This document shows, piece after piece, positions 1 to 5,331 of a stretch of DNA of 32,905 bases. The notes beneath the pieces were generated by a model that saw nothing but the letters and a program-made list of their open reading frames with translations, was not told the origin of the DNA and made no database searches. The position numbers were made by a program, and so were the translations under genes. The DNA lies in IMG/VR virus record IMGVR_UViG_3300045988_058951, positions 1-32,905 of that record; one strand, given 5' to 3'. Numbering within the stretch: position 1 is the first letter of the stretch; each line of letters begins with the position of its first letter. This stretch comes from a virus.

Positions 1-49
1 TGCTGGAGCTGCTAACCGGGCTTGAACCGGTGACCTCGTCCTTACCAAG
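1..49. repeat. attL core (direct repeat, identical to 32857-32905)
   Basis: The sequence tgctggagctgctaaccgggcttgaaccggtgacctcgtccttaccaag occurs exactly at both ends. The identity could extend beyond the window edges. Confidence 0.9.
4..49 (-). tRNA. Displaced 3' fragment of tRNA-Thr(GGU), partial copy at attL
   Basis: The reverse complement reads anticodon loop T-T-GGT-A-A, anticodon-stem 3' strand GGACG and variable loop AGGTC. It continues with T-arm ACCGG/TTCAAGC/CCGGT, acceptor 3' strand TAGCAGC, discriminator T and CCA. Phage DNA right of position 49 cannot complete the anticodon stem, so this is a fragment. Confidence 0.75.
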
Positions 50-97
50 TAATCAAGAAAGCTCTATTTTCCTAGCTTTGCGCTTGATTACAACACT

Positions 98-121
98 AAT
101 ACAACCCTTATTTTGTGTGAT
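98..121. repeat. Putative integrase/accessory arm-type sites, left arm
   Basis: ACAACCCT at 101-108 matches the tandem ACACAACCCT motifs of the right arm. Bases 111-121 (ttttgtgtgat) are the exact inverted copy of ATCACACAAAA at 32799-32809. Confidence 0.4.
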
Positions 122-129
122 TGCTCGTG

Positions 130-1299
130 CTATTTTACCAGCTTTTTCATCTCGTTGGACAGCTCTGCCCAGTTCTGACCTGAGTGATTATATATGTCAG
201 CGGTCGTTTCATACTTGGCATGACCAATGATTTTTTGAAGCTTCTCAGGCTGCATACCGCAGTCCGCTGAAAGGGTGGCGAAAGTGTGACGGCAGCAGTG
301 TGGCGTTATCTCTGTGTCATACTTTTCAGTGTTCCTGCCGCTTTTCTGTTTTGTAACAGTTGGCGGTGGAATTATGCCGCATTCAGCAAGTGCAGGATAG
401 AAATTGCGCTTGCGAAAATTATTTGTGTCGCCATTAAGTAAGAACTGCGTCTGGCTTTCGTTATACCAGCTTTCGACAAAGCTTTTTATTTCAGGTATCT
501 GCGGCGGCAGAGGAACTATTCTGTCCTTTCCAGCTTCAGTCTTGATACCGCCGATTATGTAACCCTCGTCAAGATGTACGTTCTCTTTCTGTATACTGAA
601 AACCTCACCAATGCGAAATCCTGTATATATCATGAACAGTATGACCTGAACGGATCTGTCAGAGGAATGCGCCCATAGTTTATCACGTTCTTCACTCGTG
701 AAGATACGGCGTTCTTTCTTGACTTCTTTTGGCAGGACGATAAAGCTTGCATAGTTCTTGTCGATAATATCATTTTGTTCTGCGTACTTGCAGAGCTGAG
801 AACATAGCTGCTTGATTTTCGCACACTGTGAGCGGCTGAAAGCTTTTGCACAGTCATCTATACAGCGCTGGTAATCTGCTGTTTTAAGGTCTGCTATCTT
901 TCTGCCTGCGATACTGTCAAGATATCTCCAAGCCGTCTTGTAGCCCTGCTCGCCGCTTTTGGTGAGGTTTTCAAAGTGCTTTTCACTCCATTTTTGGTAA
1001 ACCTGAGCAACTGTCAGAGTACCATATGGAATTTGTGTGCTGTTGAAATATTTGTCGATAGCACCCTGAGCCTGCGTTCGTGTTTCGTATGCGCCAAGAT
1101 ATCTTCCCCCTGCTCCCGATATGGTTTTAGGGGCATAAGCAAGATAGTGGCGCAGTCCGTTTCTTTGGTCAAATCTTATCGTGCCTGTTCCTCTTGCTCT
1201 GCGGCGTGTTTTCCTTTTTGTGGTTTCCTGTTTCTTACCGCAGTGGTTACAAAACGGGGACCCCTCTGGAATTTCCCTGTGACATTTCTTACATAGCAT
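130..1299 (-). CDS. int: Tyrosine-type phage integrase with N-terminal zinc ribbon
   Basis: 389 aa. The N-terminus is CKKCHREIPEGSPFCNHCG (CxxC...CxxC). Tyrosine recombinase signature: R in YTGFRIGEV, HxxR in HCCRHTFAT, and H...Y in GHAKYETTADIYNH. GGAGG lies 8 nt upstream of the ATG. The gene is adjacent to attL. Confidence 0.92.
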   Translation of the reverse strand: MLCKKCHREIPEGSPFCNHCGKKQETTKRKTRRRARGTGTIRFDQRNGLRHYLAYAPKTISGAGGRYLGAYETRTQAQGAIDKYFNSTQIPYGTLTVAQVYQKWSEKHFENLTKSGEQGYKTAWRYLDSIAGRKIADLKTADYQRCIDDCAKAFSRSQCAKIKQLCSQLCKYAEQNDIIDKNYASFIVLPKEVKKERRIFTSEERDKLWAHSSDRSVQVILFMIYTGFRIGEVFSIQKENVHLDEGYIIGGIKTEAGKDRIVPLPPQIPEIKSFVESWYNESQTQFLLNGDTNNFRKRNFYPALAECGIIPPPTVTKQKSGRNTEKYDTEITPHCCRHTFATLSADCGMQPEKLQKIIGHAKYETTADIYNHSGQNWAELSNEMKKLVK

Positions 1300-1319
1300 A
1301 AAATATTCCTCCTATTTTC

Positions 1320-1348
1320 TTGACATATCTAAAAATATGCAGTATAAT
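1320..1348 (+). promoter_or_regulatory. Perfect sigma-A/sigma-70 consensus promoter (TTGACA-17-TATAAT), plus strand
   Basis: TTGACA at 1320-1325, a 17-nt spacer, and TATAAT at 1343-1348. It points away from int, on the strand opposite all lysogeny genes. Confidence 0.65.
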
Positions 1349-1354
1349 AAAAGG

Positions 1355-1463
1355 GCAAAATTCGCCCTTTCTTAATGGGTTAGTGTGAATTTTAATCAAG
1401 CTGATACTGTCAATATCAGCTCACCGTCCTCTGAGTGTTTGCGGCACTCAGAGGATTTTTTTT
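1355..1463 (+). ncRNA. Candidate small RNA 1 (about 110 nt, promoter-to-terminator unit)
   Basis: It starts about 7 nt after the -10 box. It contains an 8-bp hairpin at 1399-1421 (AGCTGATA/TATCAGCT). It ends in a 10-bp hairpin at 1428-1454 plus T8. There is no ORF with an RBS. Confidence 0.45.
1428..1463 (+). terminator. Intrinsic terminator, plus orientation only
   Basis: Stem CCTCTGAGTG/CACTCAGAGG, loop TTTGCGG, then A plus T8. On the minus strand the hairpin is followed by ACGGTGAGC, which is not U-rich. Confidence 0.75.
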
Positions 1464-1466
1464 ATT

Positions 1467-2096
1467 TTAAAGCTGTATAATTATAGTTTCAGTATCAAAG
1501 CCGTCAGACCAATCATCGGAATTAAAGATATGAAAACTGAATTCAAAAGTTTGCATATCGTCTTCGGATATAGAATTTTCCTCTAATGACCAACTATTAA
1601 TTCCTATTGAATCATTTGCTTTTTTACCTGCATTGACATCCGCAGACATTGTTGTGTCAACCATAAAGCCGTTCGCAGAAAAATCACGAACCTGAACTGT
1701 ATAATTTGTGCTCGTGCTATTTTCAATCAGTACTTTGATTTCTGGACCAAATATACTGCTTGTATAATCCATACCAGTAAAGGTAATCTTAATTCCGTTA
1801 TTATCAAACAAAACTTGATCTTTGGGTTCTTCAGCAGTAGTTGTTGTAGTGGTGGTAGTAGCTTTAGTGGTCGTAGTAGTCGTTGTTGTGGTAGGCTTTT
1901 CCGTCGTTGTTGTCATTTCTTCCGTCGTAGTCGTAGTCTCCGCTGTGGTTGTCGTCGTTGTGGTTTCCTCTGATGTTGTAGTAGTGGTAGTTGTTGCAGT
2001 AGTGTTTTCACTTGAAGATGAGCTGTCACCACTTCCACAAGCGGACATTCCGCAAACGAGCGATAATGCAATTACTCCAGCTATAAACTTCTTCAT
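1467..2096 (-). CDS. Prophage lipoprotein with Thr-rich linker (moron; possible superinfection-exclusion or surface protein)
   Basis: 209 aa. It has a signal peptide with lipobox (LVCGMSAC), a Thr/Glu/Ala low-complexity linker of about 70 aa, and a beta-rich C-terminal domain of about 120 aa. GGAGG lies 9 nt upstream of the ATG. The gene sits between int and the repressor operon. Confidence 0.8.
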   Translation of the reverse strand: MKKFIAGVIALSLVCGMSACGSGDSSSSSENTTATTTTTTTSEETTTTTTTAETTTTTEEMTTTTEKPTTTTTTTTTKATTTTTTTTAEEPKDQVLFDNNGIKITFTGMDYTSSIFGPEIKVLIENSTSTNYTVQVRDFSANGFMVDTTMSADVNAGKKANDSIGINSWSLEENSISEDDMQTFEFSFHIFNSDDWSDGFDTETIIIQL

Positions 2097-2157
2097 AAAA
2101 AACTTCCTCCTTGTAATTCAATAATTTCCGACATTTGTAAACAATTTATTGAAATCA

Positions 2158-2186
2158 TTTACAATGTCTTAAATTGGTGATATAAT
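2158..2186 (+). promoter_or_regulatory. Near-consensus extended -10 promoter (TTTACA-17-TGaTATAAT), plus strand
   Basis: TTTACA at 2158-2163, a 17-nt spacer ending in TGa, and TATAAT at 2181-2186. Confidence 0.6.
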
Positions 2187-2192
2187 GTATTT

Positions 2193-2262
2193 GTAATCAT
2201 GCAGGAGAAAATTCTGTGTGCTATCCCTGTCAGTATTTGCGGTACTGACGGGGACTTTTTTT
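2193..2262 (+). ncRNA. Candidate small RNA 2 (about 70 nt, promoter-to-terminator unit)
   Basis: It runs from the predicted TSS near 2193 to the terminator at 2225-2262. It is convergent with the 3' end of the ImmA-like gene. The only ORF inside is 26 codons with no RBS and runs through the terminator. Confidence 0.45.
2225..2262 (+). terminator. Intrinsic terminator, plus orientation only
   Basis: Stem CCCTGTCAGTA/TACTGACGGGG (one G-U pair), loop TTTGCGG, then AC plus T7. The T-run overlaps the ImmA stop codon. The minus-strand reading lacks a U-run after the stem. Confidence 0.75.
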
Positions 2263-2674
2263 ATATCACCCTGTTATAGTATCCATACAATTCACAGACC
2301 TTGACCATAAAATCTTCGGTCACATCGAAAAACTCGGCAAGCTCCCATATTTCAAGGATGCCATTTTCAAAAGCCTCTATCAGCTCGTCCTCTGTGACGA
2401 GCTTTTTTATTGCCCATTTGTCCGCACGAAACTCCATTCGAGAACGAAGTTCCAAAGTCTTTTCATTATAAAATGCACCTGTTTCACAATGCCCCAGCTC
2501 GTGAGCCATTATGACAGTTTCTTCTGCTCTCGTGGCGATTTTCTTAGTGTCTACCACAATCGCACATTGCCCTCTATCGCTAATGGATATGGACTTCTGC
2601 TCATTTCTTAATTTTCCGTCGATAACTATAATGTCCCTGTCCTCCGCAAAGCTGCGTAGTTCAGCACTATCCAT
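2261..2674 (-). CDS. immA: ImmA/IrrE-family zinc metallopeptidase (anti-repressor protease)
   Basis: 137 aa with HEXXH in MAHELGHCETG. It lies immediately downstream of, and is co-oriented with, the XRE repressor, as in ImmR/ImmA pairs. AGAGG lies 8 nt upstream. Confidence 0.85.
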   Translation of the reverse strand: MDSAELRSFAEDRDIIVIDGKLRNEQKSISISDRGQCAIVVDTKKIATRAEETVIMAHELGHCETGAFYNEKTLELRSRMEFRADKWAIKKLVTEDELIEAFENGILEIWELAEFFDVTEDFMVKVCELYGYYNRVI

Positions 2675-2685
2675 ATGTACCGCCT

Positions 2686-3018
2686 CTATTCTTTGTTCTT
2701 TTTATCCTCTCTCATCTGACGTGCTATCTGAGCGTAATGTTTTACATCTGCCAACACATCATCATCAACGTCTGATGTTCCCCATAGGGCGAACTTGATG
2801 TTATCGTCGGTATCGTCTTCGGTCTTTTCACCCCTGAGAATATAATCGGTGGAAACGTCAAAATATTCACCTAATTTCAATAATGTTTCAAAATCAGGCT
2901 CTCGCTTTCCTAATTCATACAAACTGTATGCCTGTTTAGTGATATTAAGATAATCAGCTACAACCTGTTGAGATACTCCTTTTTCGTTTCTTAGCTGTCT
3001 TAATATATCGTTATACAT
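2686..3018 (-). CDS. XRE-family HTH repressor (CI/ImmR-like)
   Basis: HTH sequence VSQQVVADYLNITKQAYSLYELGKREP. The ORF-track TTG at 3027 abuts the GGAG (3028-3031). ATG at 3018 has a 9-nt spacing, so I moved the start there. Confidence 0.88.
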   Translation of the reverse strand: MYNDILRQLRNEKGVSQQVVADYLNITKQAYSLYELGKREPDFETLLKLGEYFDVSTDYILRGEKTEDDTDDNIKFALWGTSDVDDDVLADVKHYAQIARQMREDKKNKE

Positions 3019-3045
3019 ATTTTTCAACTCCTTGTCATTGATTAA

Positions 3046-3074
3046 ATTATATCAACTTTCTGTTGACTTGTCAA
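3046..3074 (-). promoter_or_regulatory. Perfect consensus promoter for the repressor operon (minus strand)
   Basis: On the minus strand, TTGACA is the reverse complement of 3069-3074, followed by a 17-nt spacer and TATAAT as the reverse complement of 3046-3051. The -35 box sits inside the palindrome TTGACTTGTCAA (3063-3074). Confidence 0.7.
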
Positions 3075-3183
3075 TAGTGTCATCAAATTGTTGTCTGAAT
3101 TTATTGAAAACTCACAAATTTATTTAATTTAGCAACAAAGTGTTGACATTTGAGTTTTTATATGTTATTATATAGACAACAAA
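3061..3183. promoter_or_regulatory. Putative operator set of the genetic switch
   Basis: TGTTGAC occurs at 3061-3067 and 3141-3147, each overlapping a -35 box. Palindromes: TGTTGACTTGTCAATA (3061-3076) and CAACAaagTGTTG (3133-3145). CAACAA words occur at 3133 (+), 3177 (+) and 3088-3093 (reverse complement). Confidence 0.45.
3143..3171 (+). promoter_or_regulatory. Early rightward promoter (TTGACA-17-TATTAT with TG extension)
   Basis: TTGACA at 3143-3148, TG at 3163-3164, and TATTAT at 3166-3171. It lies upstream of the cro-like gene. Confidence 0.7.
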
Positions 3184-3206
3184 ACGTTTACAAGGAGGTG
3201 AAATAA

Positions 3207-3482
3207 ATGAGAGAATGGTTAAAAACTCTCCGTGAAAACAAGCAGCTTACTCAACAGAATGTTGCCGATATGCTTGGAATATCAAAACAGTATTACCAAC
3301 TAATCGAAGCTCATGAAAGACAAAAGAAAATGGACATAACGCTTATGACAAAGTTATCTGACATTTTTGGAGTGTCTTTCAATGAGATCGTACAGCAGGA
3401 GAAAGCACTTACAGACAAGATTGCGTATAATGAATCTCTTGACATTAATTATACTCAGAATGTCGAAAATGTCAACAGCTAA
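3207..3482 (+). CDS. Cro-like XRE-family HTH regulator
   Basis: 91 aa with HTH LTQQNVADMLGISKQYYQLIEAHERQ. AGGAGG RBS. It is the first gene of the rightward operon, divergent from the repressor. Confidence 0.85.
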   Translation: MREWLKTLRENKQLTQQNVADMLGISKQYYQLIEAHERQKKMDITLMTKLSDIFGVSFNEIVQQEKALTDKIAYNESLDINYTQNVENVNS

Positions 3483-3512
3483 CAGTCCGATTGAATGGAC
3501 AGAAAATGAGGG

Positions 3513-4400
3513 GTGAAACATACGGACATACAAAAAGAGAAAAAGGCGATAGCTCGTTTGAAAGCTTTTGAGCCTGCTGACGGCTATAGACTTGCTTACA
3601 GTGGTGGAAAAGACAGTGATTGTATCAAGATATTAGCACAGCTTGCAGGAGTTAAATTTGAAGCGGTACACAATTTGACAACTGTTGATGCACCCGAAAC
3701 TATGAGATACATAAAATCACAGCCCGACATTCGCATAGAAAAAGCCTATGACAATGACGGTAATCACATTACAATGTGGAACCTGATCGTTAAAAAGCTA
3801 ATGCCGCCAACACGTCTTTTGAGATACTGTTGTGATGAACTCAAAGAACGTTCGGGTAGCGGCAAGGTGCTGATAACTGGTGTTCGCTGGGCTGAAAGTT
3901 CTAATCGTAAAAACAATTCAGGTGTCGTTCAGGTACTCAACAAGCCAAAGCATACGCAAAAATTTGCGGACAAGATAGGTGCTGAATATCATGTTTCACC
4001 AAAAGGCGGTATCATCTTGAACAATGATAACGACAATGCCAGACGTTTGGTCGAACACTGCTATGCAAAGCAGAAAACGATGATAAACCCGATAGTGGAT
4101 TGGGATGACAATGATGTATGGGATTTTCTTCATCACTACGGCTGCGAAATTAATCCGCTATATAGCTGTGGATTTAATCGTGTAGGCTGCATCGGCTGCC
4201 CTATTGCGGCAAGACATCAGCATGCAGAGTTTCAACGGTACCCGAAGTACAAGCAAGCATATATACGAGCGTTTGACAAAATGGTTGAACGGAGAGTAGC
4301 AATGGGAAAACCAACGTCTTGGAAAACAGGAACAGATGTATTTAAGTGGTGGGTTGGTGAAGATACTGCACAAATAAGCTTTGAAGATTTGGAGGCATAA
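3513..4400 (+). CDS. PAPS-reductase-fold / PP-loop ATPase family protein (IbrA/DndC-like, orphan)
   Basis: 295 aa with PP-loop LAYSGGKDSDCI and C-terminal Cys cluster CGFNRVGCIGCP. GTG is the first in-frame start after the stop at 3507-3509. The GAGGG directly abuts it, so the start is uncertain. Confidence 0.8.
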   Translation: MKHTDIQKEKKAIARLKAFEPADGYRLAYSGGKDSDCIKILAQLAGVKFEAVHNLTTVDAPETMRYIKSQPDIRIEKAYDNDGNHITMWNLIVKKLMPPTRLLRYCCDELKERSGSGKVLITGVRWAESSNRKNNSGVVQVLNKPKHTQKFADKIGAEYHVSPKGGIILNNDNDNARRLVEHCYAKQKTMINPIVDWDDNDVWDFLHHYGCEINPLYSCGFNRVGCIGCPIAARHQHAEFQRYPKYKQAYIRAFDKMVERRVAMGKPTSWKTGTDVFKWWVGEDTAQISFEDLEA

Positions 4401-4403
4401 ACG

Positions 4404-4742
4404 TTGAATTTGAAAAAGATAGCGTACTATCTCGGTATTGCGTTGTGTCTAGCAAGTCCGCTTGCATTCGGTATATGTATGCTAATAGGGCTTGACAACA
4501 CAGTTCCGCTGTCGCTTATGATAACTAGCAATGTTTGCCGGATATGTTCGTTGGAAGCAGAAATGACAGAAAACACAATGAGGAGGTACAAAGGTATGAA
4601 ACTGTACAAAGTCACAACAATAGACCAGTATCACTATAAAAGGGTGTTCACAGTAGCTGCAAAGAGTCAGTACGAGGCTCTGAAAAAGGCAAGTGTTATT
4701 TGTCCTCATGAGAATGTTTTGACTATCGAGGAGGTGGACTAA
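4404..4742 (+). CDS. Hypothetical early protein with N-terminal transmembrane segment
   Basis: 112 aa. TTG start lies 8 nt after GGAGG (4391-4395). The hydrophobic segment is IAYYLGIALCLASPLAFGICMLIGL. An internal AGGAGG plus ATG at 4596 could instead give a 48-aa product. Confidence 0.55.
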   Translation: MNLKKIAYYLGIALCLASPLAFGICMLIGLDNTVPLSLMITSNVCRICSLEAEMTENTMRRYKGMKLYKVTTIDQYHYKRVFTVAAKSQYEALKKASVICPHENVLTIEEVD

Positions 4743-4943
4743 ATGCTCAGAGTAATATCATCGGTAGAAGCGGTGGAACGGCTGAAAGCCGCAGGCTTCA
4801 ACACAAACGTGAACAGGCTGAACGCAGGGCTCAGACAGGGCGTGTATCCTTTTGGGTGCGCCATTAAGCTTAACGAATATGTGTACGAGATATACTCAAC
4901 TCTGCTTGACAAGTGGATAGCAGAGAGATCAGAAAGGACGTGA
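4743..4943 (+). CDS. Hypothetical small protein, possibly excisionase/MerR-like HTH
   Basis: 66 aa with GAGGAGG RBS. The pattern AVERLKAAGF....LNAGLRQGVYPFG......Y.I....LDKWI loosely resembles small Xis/AlpA-type DNA binders. This is weak. Confidence 0.5.
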   Translation: MLRVISSVEAVERLKAAGFNTNVNRLNAGLRQGVYPFGCAIKLNEYVYEIYSTLLDKWIAERSERT

Positions 4944-4947
4944 GAAA

Positions 4948-5157
4948 ATGAACAACATGATAGCAACGCTGGAGATCATCAGATATGCGTCAGCCATAGC
5001 ACTGTGCGTGGCGCTGTTTGCACTGGCAATCTATGGACTATATCGAAATGTTAAAGAAACCGCCGAAACCGCAATCCGTGAGGAACTGGAGAAGGCAATC
5101 AAGGAAGCTTCAAAGCCTGTTGTCAAGGTTGAGATACAGACGAAAGGAAAGTGGTAA
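4948..5157 (+). CDS. Hypothetical small membrane protein (single TM plus charged tail)
   Basis: 69 aa. TM segment ASAIALCVALFALAIYGLY is followed by a Lys/Glu-rich helix. Confidence 0.6.
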   Translation: MNNMIATLEIIRYASAIALCVALFALAIYGLYRNVKETAETAIREELEKAIKEASKPVVKVEIQTKGKW

Positions 5158-5158
5158 A

Positions 5159-5329
5159 GTGTCAGAGGGTATGTTTATAGCCGCAATAATCGGCGCAACA
5201 ATCGTGATACTAACAGTTTTCTACGCTGTAATACTGTTCATAGCATGTATCATAGACCAGCACAAATGGGAACATAAATGTAGCTGTGATGATGACAGTC
5301 ACGATGAAAAAAGCGACGGCAGAGTTTAG
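5159..5329 (+). CDS. Hypothetical small membrane protein
   Basis: TM segment FIAAIIGATIVILTVFYAVILFIACII plus a Cys/His/Asp tail. GTG at 5159 (AAAGGA 9 nt upstream) is preferred over ATG at 5171. The long ORF-track version starting at 5018 overlaps the previous gene and is unlikely. Confidence 0.5.
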   Translation: MSEGMFIAAIIGATIVILTVFYAVILFIACIIDQHKWEHKCSCDDDSHDEKSDGRV

Positions 5330-5331
5330 AT

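Noticed and set aside
30-230. 66-aa plus-strand ORF spanning attL and the integrase 3' end
   Set aside because: It starts inside the tRNA-derived att core and overlaps the well-supported integrase gene on the other strand. It has no RBS.
1822-2124. 100-aa plus-strand ORF made almost entirely of Val
   Set aside because: It is the antisense reading of the ACN (Thr) codon repeat of the minus-strand lipoprotein gene. It has no RBS and is a composition artefact.
2199-2279. 26-codon ORF (MQEKILCAIPVSICGTDGDFFYITLL) as a possible type I toxin paired with an antisense RNA
   Set aside because: There is no Shine-Dalgarno sequence. The hydrophobic stretch is too short for a membrane toxin. The ORF runs through the terminator hairpin. 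No convergent small-peptide gene is present on the other strand.
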